A DNA stretch of 64,000 nt from Candidatus Moraniibacteriota bacterium (GCA_026396275.1 JAPLXC010000002.1:10618-74617); one strand, 5' to 3'. Positions 10,104-19,181 are shown, counted from the first letter of the stretch. Made by a program: numbers and translations. Notes: generated by a model not told the origin, from the letters alone.

Positions 10104-10325
10104 TTAGAGATTTAAGTTGGAAAATATTTCATCCCACCGCAGGGATAAAAACAGCATCAGGTTGGAAAAAAGAAGCGCGCCGAACACGGAAAGGAAAATA
10201 GTCAATGTTAAAACCATCACGCTTTTGCTAAAAGAATACTTGATAACGTGATAAACAATAAAAAGCGCGGCGATAGTGAAAAATAAAAAAAGGATGAGAT
10301 AGAAAATTCCAAAAATAGCGATCAT
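10104..10325 (-). CDS. Small 2-TM membrane protein
   Basis: Hydrophobic 73-aa ORF in operon orientation. Confidence 0.7.
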   Translation of the reverse strand: MIAIFGIFYLILFLFFTIAALFIVYHVIKYSFSKSVMVLTLTIFLSVFGALLFSNLMLFLSLRWDEIFSNLNL

Positions 10326-10468
10326 ACTAGTTTGTCTACTAATTATCCCGCTAAAGCGGGACCCCGCTGAGGCGGTGGCGAATCAAGTACTAATATACGA
10401 ATTTCAATTATGCCTAAGAAGGGTTTTGATAATTAGTATATTCGTATATGATTCGTAGTTCGTAGAGA

Positions 10469-11479
10469 TTACATCAGTTTTTGCTGATGATTACTGGGCA
10501 ACTTATGCCCCAAATGCCGAAAAGCGTTTTCGGTGACAACGCGCCCGCGGGGAGTCCTGGCTAAAAAGCCAATCTGAATGAGATACGGCTCAAATACATC
10601 TTCAATTGTTTGAATTTCCTCGGATGTCGCCGCCGCGATGGTCTGCACTCCCACCGGGCCTCCGTTGAATTTTAGAATTATTGTTTCCAGAATATGCCGG
10701 TCAATCAGTTCCAAGCCCACATCATCAATGTCCAACATTTTTAACGCCTGGCAGGTAACTTCGGCTGTTATCACATCGTGGTTGCTAATTTGAGCAAAGT
10801 CGCGCACGCGCTTTAGAATCCTGTTAGCCACCCGGGGGGTCTGCCGGCTGCGGACCGCCATTTCCCTGGCTGCGTCATTTTCCACATTCACGTCCAATAT
10901 CTTGCTGGAGCGATTAATTATTTTTTGAATTTCCTCCTCACCATAAAAGTCTAGACGGTGGATGATGCCGAACCGGTTGCGCAATGGATTGGAAATAGCG
11001 CCTAATCGGGTAGTGGCGCCAATCAAAGTAAAATGGGGAAGTTCCAGCTGAAGTGTGCGCGCTGATGGGCCCTTGCCGATGATTATATCAAGCTTGTGAT
11101 CCTCCATTGCTGGGTAAAGCACTTCTTCAATTAATTTATTAAGCCGGTGTATTTCATCAATAAAAAAAATATCTCCATCCTGAAGATTGGTAAGAATTGA
11201 TCCCAGATCTCCTACCCGCTCAATCGCCGGACCGGAAGTGATCTTGATGCTCGCTCCCATTTCCTTGGCAATAATGTAGGCCAGGGTTGTTTTCCCTAGT
11301 CCTGCCGGGCCGTAAAGGAGAACGTGTTCGATTGGCTCGCCGCGTTTTTTGGCTGCTTCAATGACAATTCGCAAATTTTTCTTTACTTTTTCCTGCCCGA
11401 CGTATTCAAAAAAGCTATTGGGCCGAAGCGTAGTGTCCAGTTTAACATCCTCAATTTTCTCACTGGAATTGGTGATCAT
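10469..11479 (-). CDS. ruvB: Holliday junction helicase RuvB
   Basis: [35 protein letters not shown]. Confidence 0.98.
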   Translation of the reverse strand: MITNSSEKIEDVKLDTTLRPNSFFEYVGQEKVKKNLRIVIEAAKKRGEPIEHVLLYGPAGLGKTTLAYIIAKEMGASIKITSGPAIERVGDLGSILTNLQDGDIFFIDEIHRLNKLIEEVLYPAMEDHKLDIIIGKGPSARTLQLELPHFTLIGATTRLGAISNPLRNRFGIIHRLDFYGEEEIQKIINRSSKILDVNVENDAAREMAVRSRQTPRVANRILKRVRDFAQISNHDVITAEVTCQALKMLDIDDVGLELIDRHILETIILKFNGGPVGVQTIAAATSEEIQTIEDVFEPYLIQIGFLARTPRGRVVTENAFRHLGHKLPSNHQQKLM

Positions 11480-11545
11480 AAGCTGATGTAGATTTGTTCC
11501 TTAATTACCCGTTATTTGACCCCATATTAGAGAGTATACTACGAT

Positions 11546-11574
11546 TTGACAAACTTTGAAAGTCGTGCTAAACT
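11546..11574 (+). promoter_or_regulatory. Sigma70-type promoter
   Basis: TTGACA-17 nt-TAAACT with TG extension. Confidence 0.7.
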
Positions 11575-11851
11575 GGTCTGTCATCTGTAAATATGCGCTT
11601 TTGGGTGCAATTTCCGATGACTAGCAGTAAGCTGTAGACAATTGGTGGTGACTATCTTTTGCCATCAATTCAGGGAACTTTCTTGTCCAGATATGGGTGC
11701 AGGGGTTTCGGCTCTTGTTCTCCTCGACATTGTTCTCTCCCTGGGGATCACATTTCCAGGATTGTCTACAGATTAGTGATATATTCATGAAGCATGAAAC
11801 ATGCAACATGAAACAAATTAAAAAAGTTTTTTAACAAAGGAGGGAAGAAAG

Positions 11852-12019
11852 ATGGAAACGAGGTATTTAATTCAAATAATGATAACTTTCTTGGTTGGAG
11901 CGACTGTTGTTGGCTTTTCGGCTATCACAGGGATTTGGCATCCAAATAACCCTTGGGTTTTTGCTAGCGCGATGGCAATTGGGGGATTTGTTGGTTTTAT
12001 TGTTATTCCTATTTTCTGA
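11852..12019 (+). CDS. Small 55-aa two-TM protein (absent from the ORF track)
   Basis: AAGGAGG SD, then METRYLIQIMITFLVGATVVGFSAITGIWHPNNPWVFASAMAIGGFVGFIVIPIF*. Confidence 0.7.
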   Translation: METRYLIQIMITFLVGATVVGFSAITGIWHPNNPWVFASAMAIGGFVGFIVIPIF

Positions 12020-12049
12020 ACAAAAGTTTTGAGGAAGGAGGAGAAGACA

Positions 12050-12394
12050 ATGAAAATTGTTATTCTTGTGGGACTTTCAATATTAGCAGTAGGAGCTATT
12101 GGAGCAGCGATCAAATTCAGGAAAGACAAACTCGGGCTAGTGTTATTAATTCTTATGATTATAGGAGCTGCTGCAACATCCTTTGGTTTTTTAGCACTAG
12201 GTAAGCAAGACGGTTATTTGACATTACAAAATGAGTTGACAAAAGAAGTTGACCTCAACAAAGTTCCCATTAAAGGATACCATTCGTCTAATGCTAAAAT
12301 AACGATTGTTTACAAGGATGGTGAGATTGAAAAGGTTTTCCTGGTTAAAGGAACGACGGTCGAGGCGACAAAGAAATATCAACCCGGAGAATAA
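12050..12394 (+). CDS. Hypothetical membrane protein
   Basis: AAGGAGG SD before ATG 12050; two TM helices plus a soluble tail. Confidence 0.75.
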   Translation: MKIVILVGLSILAVGAIGAAIKFRKDKLGLVLLILMIIGAAATSFGFLALGKQDGYLTLQNELTKEVDLNKVPIKGYHSSNAKITIVYKDGEIEKVFLVKGTTVEATKKYQPGE

Positions 12395-12419
12395 TTGTGC
12401 TATTGCTCAAAAAAACTAT

Positions 12420-12456
12420 AAAGGGACACGGAGAAATCCATGCCCTTTATTTTTTT
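12420..12456 (+). terminator. Intrinsic terminator
   Basis: AAAGGG.CACGGA..TCCATGCCCTTT stem followed by a T tract. Confidence 0.6.
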
Positions 12457-12473
12457 ATTAAACCCAAATGAAT

Positions 12474-12532
12474 TGTCATGCTGAACTCGATTCAGCATCT
12501 AATTAGATTCCGGCTCGAAGGCCGGAATGACA
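12474..12532. repeat. TGTCA-tagged palindrome dimer (REP-like)
   Basis: TGTCATGCTGAACTCGATTCAGCATCT-AATT-AGATTCCGGCTCGAAGGCCGGAATGACA. Confidence 0.85.
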
Positions 12533-12537
12533 AATAC

Positions 12538-12828
12538 TTATCCAAGCAATGTTTCACTTAAATCTTTCCATTTGGGATTACTTTTATTGATTAAATCAAT
12601 TTTCCATTCACGTTTCCAATTTTTAAGCTGTTTTTCTCTGGTTAAGGCGCTTCTGACATCTTCAGTCTGCTCAAAATATACTAATTTTTTCAAATTGTAT
12701 CTTTTAGTAAAACCATCAACCAGTTTATTTTTATGCTCATAAATTCTTTTAGATAAATTACCAGTAACTCCGGTATAAATTACTGTATTAATTTTATTGG
12801 TCAAAATGTAAACACAATATTGTTTCAT
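12538..12828 (-). CDS. GIY-YIG nuclease (UPF0213/YhbQ-like)
   Basis: YCVYIL..IYTGVT.NL.KR.YEHK, FTKRY, REKQLK.W.R.WK..LI...NP.W.DL; likely start MKQY at 12828. Confidence 0.92.
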   Translation of the reverse strand: MKQYCVYILTNKINTVIYTGVTGNLSKRIYEHKNKLVDGFTKRYNLKKLVYFEQTEDVRSALTREKQLKNWKREWKIDLINKSNPKWKDLSETLLG

Positions 12829-12835
12829 AAAAATT

Positions 12836-12862
12836 AGATCCCGGGTCAAGCCCGGGATGACA
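12836..12862. repeat. TGTCA-tagged palindrome monomer
   Basis: AGATCCCGGGTCAAGCCCGGGATGACA immediately upstream of the GIY-YIG start. Confidence 0.85.
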
Positions 12863-12902
12863 TTAAAGCAAAACTTTTGATTTTTGCATTTTGATTTTTT
12901 AT

Positions 12903-15900
12903 TTATTCTTCCGTTACTCTCTCCACTTCCTCCAATGTCGTCTCGCCTTCCAAAACCTTAAGGATCCCGTCCTGCTGCATAGTGAGCATTCCGTTTTCAA
13001 TGGCTTTGTCGCGGATGTGGGTGGAAAGTTCGTTAGCATAAATCATTTCCTGGACGGCTTTGTCAATTACTAAGACCTCACTCACAGTGGTACGGCCTTT
13101 GTAGCCGATGCCGTTGCATTTGGCGCACCCTTTGGGCTTGTAAATGTAACTTCCGGGGGGAATTTTTACTCCCGCTTTGGGTGAAATTGACTTAATAATA
13201 TTTTTTATCTTTTCTTTTTCTTCCGCGGTGGGCTTAATTTTTTCCCGGCACTCACAAAGTTTTCGCACCAGCCGCTGCGCCATAAATCCATTGGCGGCGG
13301 TGGCTAAATCATCGGTTCTCACTCCCATATTGAGAAGGCGGGGAATAGCGCCGGGCGCGTCATTGGTATGCAAAGTTGATAAAACCAAATGTCCAGTGAG
13401 CGCCGATTGAACAGCGATGCCGGCTGTTTCCTCATCGCGGATTTCACCAATCATCATAATGTCGGGGTTTTGGCGAAGAAGCGAGCGCAGGGCCGTGGGA
13501 AAAGTGTATCCTTCTTTGTCACTAACCTGTGTTTGTAAAATCCCCGTCAGCTGGTATTCAATCGGATCCTCCACGGTGATTACTTTAACTTCGGGTTTAT
13601 TGAGCACCCGCAGCAAACTGTAAAGCGTCGTTGTTTTTCCGGATCCGGTGGGACCGGTATTGAGAAAAAATCCATTGGGCTTTTTGATTTCATGAAGGAT
13701 TTTATCCAGATTTTGTTTTCTGATCCCCAGTTTATCAACATCCAGCGCCACCGCTCCCCGATTGAGAAGGCGCATCACGACTGTTTCTCCGTAGCCGCCT
13801 AAAATTATGGAAACGCGCACGTCCACTTTTATTTCAGTTATATTTTTAAACGGCCGGTCTATGGCTATGGAAAAACGGCTGTCTTTTACTCCTTGGCGAA
13901 GTTCAGCTTTAAGCCCGGAAAGTATTTTTATCTCTCCTAAAAATGTCGGGTATTCATTGAGGGGAATCCGCCCGATGGTTTGCAAAATCCCGTCAATGCG
14001 AAGGCGCACCAAGACCTCTTTCTCTTCCGGCTCGATATGAATATCGCCGGCGGAAAGCAAAAGCGCCGCCGCGATAACGTAGCGCAGAGCGTCTTTTTGA
14101 TTAGCGCCTTTCAAAAACTCGGCGAATTTTTCGAAGGAGGATGTATTTTTAGAAACCTTTTCCAAATCTTCTTGAGGTATTTCGATCGCCCGGGAAAGCG
14201 ACTGCTCCATTAATTTTTCATAAATCTCTTCAAGGAATTCGGTTTGCCCCGTCACCCGCCATACCTCTTCCAGTGAAGTGATTCCCTCAATGGCTTTCAT
14301 GATCCCATCTTGCGCCATAGTTATCATGCCTTCTTCCAAAGCGGCTTGAGTTATTTCTCCTTCGCTGGCCATGTTTAAAATAAGTTTTTCGATTGATTCG
14401 CTCATGGTGAGAACCTCGAAAACTCCGATTCTCCCCCGATATCCCAGATTATGGCAACGGGGGCAACCTTTTGGCCGATATAATTGAAGGATATCTTTGG
14501 GGATTTCCATTTTTGACTTCGGGGAGATTATCGCCAGAATCTTTTTGATTGAGTTGGCTGTTTCCTTGGCGGGCTGATAGACCTCCCGGCAGTGAGGACA
14601 AATTTTTCGCACCAGGCGCTGGGCGATAAGAGCGCTCACCGCTGGAGCAATAAGGTTGGGTTTGACTCCCAATTCTATCAGGCGCGGAACAGCGCCAGCC
14701 GCGCTGTTGGTGTGAATCGTGGAAAGCACCAGATGCCCAGTTAGTGCGGCGTTAAGGGCAATGTCGGCCGTTTCTTCGTCGCGGATCTCGCCAACCAGAA
14801 TCACGTCCGGATCCTGTCGCACTATCGCCCGCAATCCCTTTTCGAAAGTGTACCCCCGGCTCTTGGACACCTGCGTCTGGGAGATTCCTTTTATTTCATA
14901 TTCCACCGGGTCTTCAATAGTTATTATTTTCACTCCCGGTACATTGATCCGGTTAAGAACGGCGTAAAGCGTTGTGGTTTTCCCGGATCCGGTGGGGCCG
15001 GTGTTGAGAATCATCCCATGGGGCTTTTCTGTCTGTTTTTGCACTTGCTCATAAGCTAGTCCCCGCAATCCCAGTTCCTCAACTCTCAAGAGGACATCGG
15101 CTTGATTGAGAAGACGCATCACGATGCTCTCTCCGCGGTTTCCGGGAATGATGCTGACGCGGATATTGATTAGCCCGTTTTCCAGATTGACATTGAAGTG
15201 CCCGTCCTGGGCAATATCACGGATGTTGAGTTTCATTCCTCCCATCATTTTCACCCGCGATATGATGAAGCGGTAAATATCCAGAGGCAGATATCCGACA
15301 TCCTGCAGAACTCCGTCCAGGCGATAGCGCAGACGCACTTCTTCTTCCTGCGGCTCAAAATGAATGTCGCTGGCTTTCATCTTCACCGCCCCGGCCATAA
15401 TGGTAGTGATAATCTGGGTGGTGGGAATTTCCCGGATCCTTTTTTTGAGTTCCAGCAGATCCTTGAATTCCCTTTCAAATTCTTCAAGGTCTTTTCCGCT
15501 AAGAGACAGGCGGAGAGCGTCCAGATTTTCCAAAAGCGGTGTCTCTTTATACTTATTCAGGGCTTTGCTAAGCGAAGAAAGCGAAACGACATAAAGGCGG
15601 ATGTTCCAACCATTTTCTTGCTGAAGTTTTTTGACGTAATCCAGTGTTTCACGGCTTCCGGGATTGGTCAGCGCCAGCCGGATGTTTTTCCCAGCTTTCT
15701 GAAAGACGGCCACTTGAAAACGGCGCGCCTCCTCTTCGGGAAGAGAGCGAAGCTCATCGCCGCTCAAAGGAAAGAGATTGAGATCAACGTAAAAAAGATT
15801 GTGTTTTTTGGCCAGCGCCGCGGCTTGTTCTTCTTCCGATTCCTTACGCATTCGCCGCAGGACTTGAGACGCCCTGATATCTTTTTCTTTATCAGCCGGC

Positions 15901-15926
15901 AGTGTTTTGCGGAAAACTTTAACCAT
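12903..15926 (-). CDS. Tandem double GspE/PilB-family ATPase
   Basis: Two complete modules, each with DIH.EP, R.R.DG.L, GPTGSGKTTT, EDP.EY, RQ.PD, GEIRD, TGHLVLST and Zn-binding cysteines. Confidence 0.93.
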   Translation of the reverse strand: MVKVFRKTLPADKEKDIRASQVLRRMRKESEEEQAAALAKKHNLFYVDLNLFPLSGDELRSLPEEEARRFQVAVFQKAGKNIRLALTNPGSRETLDYVKKLQQENGWNIRLYVVSLSSLSKALNKYKETPLLENLDALRLSLSGKDLEEFEREFKDLLELKKRIREIPTTQIITTIMAGAVKMKASDIHFEPQEEEVRLRYRLDGVLQDVGYLPLDIYRFIISRVKMMGGMKLNIRDIAQDGHFNVNLENGLINIRVSIIPGNRGESIVMRLLNQADVLLRVEELGLRGLAYEQVQKQTEKPHGMILNTGPTGSGKTTTLYAVLNRINVPGVKIITIEDPVEYEIKGISQTQVSKSRGYTFEKGLRAIVRQDPDVILVGEIRDEETADIALNAALTGHLVLSTIHTNSAAGAVPRLIELGVKPNLIAPAVSALIAQRLVRKICPHCREVYQPAKETANSIKKILAIISPKSKMEIPKDILQLYRPKGCPRCHNLGYRGRIGVFEVLTMSESIEKLILNMASEGEITQAALEEGMITMAQDGIMKAIEGITSLEEVWRVTGQTEFLEEIYEKLMEQSLSRAIEIPQEDLEKVSKNTSSFEKFAEFLKGANQKDALRYVIAAALLLSAGDIHIEPEEKEVLVRLRIDGILQTIGRIPLNEYPTFLGEIKILSGLKAELRQGVKDSRFSIAIDRPFKNITEIKVDVRVSIILGGYGETVVMRLLNRGAVALDVDKLGIRKQNLDKILHEIKKPNGFFLNTGPTGSGKTTTLYSLLRVLNKPEVKVITVEDPIEYQLTGILQTQVSDKEGYTFPTALRSLLRQNPDIMMIGEIRDEETAGIAVQSALTGHLVLSTLHTNDAPGAIPRLLNMGVRTDDLATAANGFMAQRLVRKLCECREKIKPTAEEKEKIKNIIKSISPKAGVKIPPGSYIYKPKGCAKCNGIGYKGRTTVSEVLVIDKAVQEMIYANELSTHIRDKAIENGMLTMQQDGILKVLEGETTLEEVERVTEE

Positions 15927-16032
15927 AGAGTTACGACTATTGTACCGCATTTTACACTGGCGAGCAAAAATAAAAAGTCAGAATATATTCTGGCTTTCTT
16001 TAATTTCTTTTTCCGAAGGCAGTTAAAAAAAT

Positions 16033-17190
16033 TTAAAACGGAGTCGGGGAGCTTTGCTCTGTTATTTTTGAAAGTTTATTCACGATTTCCTGCTCGGCTT
16101 CGATCATGTCTTTTCCGCGCAGGCGAAAAGTAACAGAGTCCTGAAAGACACTCCCGCCAAAAAGAGAAGAAATTTTACCCAGGTCCTCCGCTTTGGCGCA
16201 TTTGGCTATTCCGGCTAAAGTGTCAGTTGTTTCATTGTAAAATACTAGAAATATTCTTCCCGTTGAATAATTATCTTTAATTTTCTCTAAAATTAAAGGA
16301 AGGTCCTTAGGATTGCTTCGGCTCTGAACAAAGTCCTCTAGATACACCGGAGCCCAGACCAGCCCCAGATTTTCATCCCACTTAAGCCGGGCCATTACCC
16401 GTCCCCAGAGCTTCAAAATATGAAGCGGCTGGGTCTTATACAAGTATCTTACGATTCTCTTCTGATCGGCTCCTTTTTCCATCAGTTTAGCCGCAATGGT
16501 TAAGGCCTTGGGAGTGGTATTTCTTTTTTGAAAACTATTAGTGGCACTGATGATTCCGGCCAAAAGGCAATTGACTATCGTCTCATCCAGGGAGAAAGGA
16601 TCCAGTGACTCAATCAGTCCTGCGAGAATTTCGGCAGTTGATGAAGCGGTCATATCTACAAAATTAATCTGCCCGAAATTATCATTAGTGCTATGATGAT
16701 CAATGTTTACAATTGGAACTTCGTAAAATATGTCTGAGTTTTCTTCGTATAATTTTCCGACTGATTCCTTGTCAGGGCAGTCAAGCACCACCACGAGATC
16801 ATATTTGAACTTTGCCGGAATAAAAGAAAAATCCTGGGGATCAATCGCGCCGCGTTCGGGAGTAATATAGATTTTGAATTCTTCCCCTTCAGTGGCAGTC
16901 CGCACATTTGTTATTTTGTTCAAACGGGTGTTAAAAGACAGCATGAAATCCCGCGCGCCGGAAATACGATGGGTAATTTCTTTGGGCTGGGGAAGAAAAT
17001 GGAATTTTTGAACGCTTCCCGTATCATCGGAAAAAGCGAGAGTTGCTTCAATTCCTTTTCTTTTGAGAAAAAAATAAAAAGCCCAGCCGGAGCCGATAGC
17101 GTCTCCAGTCGGGTTTTGAGGAAGAAATATCAAGACCTGTTTGGCCTGACCTAAAAGATTTTTCAATTGCTGAATTGGCTCTAGGGCCAT
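16033..17190 (-). CDS. DHH-family phosphoesterase-like protein (degenerate)
   Basis: VVLD, NIDHH..N..FG, SSTAE; first motif altered (PQNPTGDAIG). Confidence 0.75.
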   Translation of the reverse strand: MALEPIQQLKNLLGQAKQVLIFLPQNPTGDAIGSGWAFYFFLKRKGIEATLAFSDDTGSVQKFHFLPQPKEITHRISGARDFMLSFNTRLNKITNVRTATEGEEFKIYITPERGAIDPQDFSFIPAKFKYDLVVVLDCPDKESVGKLYEENSDIFYEVPIVNIDHHSTNDNFGQINFVDMTASSTAEILAGLIESLDPFSLDETIVNCLLAGIISATNSFQKRNTTPKALTIAAKLMEKGADQKRIVRYLYKTQPLHILKLWGRVMARLKWDENLGLVWAPVYLEDFVQSRSNPKDLPLILEKIKDNYSTGRIFLVFYNETTDTLAGIAKCAKAEDLGKISSLFGGSVFQDSVTFRLRGKDMIEAEQEIVNKLSKITEQSSPTPF

Positions 17191-17282
17191 AATGATGACT
17201 TGTTAGCTTATTAACGAAAGAAAACTGTTTCTGGGTTGATATTACAAGATAGCAGGGTCGCATTTGGGTGTCAAGCCGGCGC

Positions 17283-17311
17283 TTGACTTTTCCCTTGTTT
17301 GGGTGTATAAT
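17283..17311 (+). promoter_or_regulatory. Sigma70-type promoter
   Basis: TTGACT-17 nt-TATAAT. Confidence 0.75.
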
Positions 17312-17385
17312 TGCTGGAAGATTTGGTAAAGACAGATTTGAAATAACATCTATAAATCCCTTAAATAAAGGGAAAGGAGGATGAG

Positions 17386-17757
17386 GTGAAAAGGTTAACT
17401 TTAGTTCTTTTAGTTATTTTCATTGTCGCAGTATTGTTGGTTCCCACGGCATCATTTGCCTGGGACCGGGGACATCGCGGCGGACATGGTGGCGGTTATT
17501 ACGGTGGCGGTCATTACTATCATGGTGGTGGTCATTATGGTGGTAATTTCTGGGGCGGGGTTGCTGTAGGAATTATCGGAGGAGCTGTTGCAGGTGCACT
17601 TACTTCTCCGTACTATTCTCCGTACTATTACACTCCAGCACCAGTCTACACCACGTCTTCGGATTGCCGGAGGATAATGGTAGTGGACCGGTATGGTTAC
17701 CTGGTTCGTGAATATGAAGAGTGTTACCCTAACCCTGTTTACATTCGAAGATGGTAA
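17386..17757 (+). CDS. Small secreted Gly/His/Tyr-rich protein
   Basis: AAGGAGG SD, GTG start, signal peptide (ASFA), GGHGGGYY repeats and a glycine zipper. Confidence 0.8.
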   Translation: MKRLTLVLLVIFIVAVLLVPTASFAWDRGHRGGHGGGYYGGGHYYHGGGHYGGNFWGGVAVGIIGGAVAGALTSPYYSPYYYTPAPVYTTSSDCRRIMVVDRYGYLVREYEECYPNPVYIRRW

Positions 17758-17773
17758 TACTCTATCAAAAACT

Positions 17774-17812
17774 AAAGGCAGATTGAGTTTCAGTCTGCCT
17801 TTTATCTTTTTT
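17774..17812 (+). terminator. Intrinsic terminator
   Basis: AAAGGCAGATTGA-GTT-TCAGTCTGCCTTT followed by a T-rich tail. Confidence 0.75.
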
Positions 17813-17838
17813 ACATTTCTTGTTAACATAAAAACAGT

Positions 17839-18318
17839 ATGAAATCTTATATCACCAACAGCTCCGCGGAAACCAAAAAACTGGGCGAATTACTCGCCCG
17901 CGAGCTTTACGGCGGGGAAATAATTTGTCTTTCCGGTGAACTGGGTTCCGGCAAGACCACATTTGCGCAAGGGCTTCTCAAGGGACTAAAAATAAAAGGA
18001 CCGCACACGAGCCCTACGTTTGTGATAATAAAACAATATCACGTAGCACGTAACACTAAACACATAACAAATAAGAAATCAGAGTTGTTACGTGATATGT
18101 GCTATGTGTTATGTGACATCTACCATATCGACGCCTATCGTGTTACTGCTAAAGATATCTTAAATCTTGGTTGGGGGGAAATTATAAAAGATAAAAGTAA
18201 TATAATAATCGTAGAATGGGCCGACCGGATAAGAAAAATAATTCCCAAAGGGGCCACTCGGATTAAGTTTGAGTGGGTAAGTGAAAATAAAAGAAAAATT
18301 ACCCTCATGTCATCCTGA
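17839..18318 (+). CDS. tsaE: tRNA threonylcarbamoyladenosine biosynthesis ATPase TsaE, with an internal repeat-derived insertion
   Basis: L.GELGSGKTTF, SPTF, YHIDAYR, VEWA. Confidence 0.95.
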   Translation: MKSYITNSSAETKKLGELLARELYGGEIICLSGELGSGKTTFAQGLLKGLKIKGPHTSPTFVIIKQYHVARNTKHITNKKSELLRDMCYVLCDIYHIDAYRVTAKDILNLGWGEIIKDKSNIIIVEWADRIRKIIPKGATRIKFEWVSENKRKITLMSS

Positions 18319-18334
18319 ATTCATTTCAGGATCT
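18308..18334. repeat. TGTCA-tagged palindrome monomer that supplies the tsaE stop codon
   Basis: TGTCATCCTGAATTCATTTCAGGATCT. Confidence 0.75.
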
Positions 18335-18489
18335 AATACCAACACATTAAATTACCAGTTGACTTTTTTAACCATGGCTGGAAATTTAAACCGGAATTTT
18401 TGGAAAATAAAAAAGACAGATGAATTACAAACTGCCTAAAATTTGGATTGGGGATGCTCGCGAAGATTCTCGCAAGCATTCCCGAAAAA

Positions 18490-18987
18490 TTAATCCCGCT
18501 GGAGTCTTTCTACTACTACTGCAATAGCTGGAAGAAGAGTTTCCGCTTCATCTTTTGTCCTTATCTCTTCAGAAAAAGCGATTTGCAGTCCGCAACGGTC
18601 ATCATAACTGCTTGTGTAGTTCATAACAACCGCTCCTCTCCTGATTTTTTTAACTTCCTTTTCGAGATCAGCTGTGGTAAACTTCCACGACTCATTGTGC
18701 TTCCAACCGCTTCTGTTTTCGAAACGGTTTGGATACGCAAAGAACCAATAACTGTTGATGTCGTGCGTGATCGCTACATGCCTCGATCTGATAACGGTTA
18801 TGTCGTTAACTGCATCCGTCTTGGCATGCCTGAATTCTTTTATCGGCACAGTTTTGATTTTTCCTGACCGTGCCAAATTTTCCAAACCCTTGAGAACACT
18901 GGCTAATGTTCTCTTTGCTTCTTCTGTTGGAAGGGTAAGTATCCCTTCCACAAGTTCTTCATAACTAAGCGTCTTCTTCTGGTCCAT
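18490..18987 (-). CDS. Hypothetical protein
   Basis: AAGGAGG SD and its own upstream promoter. Confidence 0.7.
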   Translation of the reverse strand: MDQKKTLSYEELVEGILTLPTEEAKRTLASVLKGLENLARSGKIKTVPIKEFRHAKTDAVNDITVIRSRHVAITHDINSYWFFAYPNRFENRSGWKHNESWKFTTADLEKEVKKIRRGAVVMNYTSSYDDRCGLQIAFSEEIRTKDEAETLLPAIAVVVERLQRD

Positions 18988-19152
18988 AATATGGCCTCCT
19001 TAAATTTTTGCTGTCCCGCCAAACTGGTCGGTAATCCTATTGATTAGGAAACAAGTTTTTTACTCTGTCCAAAGGACATTTTGGCAATTACTCAGATGAC
19101 CAAATAACCGCCAAAATGCCCTCTGGAAAATATTAATGAACTGTAACGCTTT

Positions 19153-19181
19153 ATTGTAGCAAAAAAATCAGGCGTTGTCAA
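19153..19181 (-). promoter_or_regulatory. Sigma70-type promoter
   Basis: TTGACA-17 nt-TACAAT with TG extension. Confidence 0.7.

Noticed and set aside
15198-16133. 311-aa plus-strand ORF and other long antisense ORFs (21304-21930, 56411-57013, 58367-58975, 949-1842)
   Set aside because: These are shadows of well-supported genes on the opposite strand.
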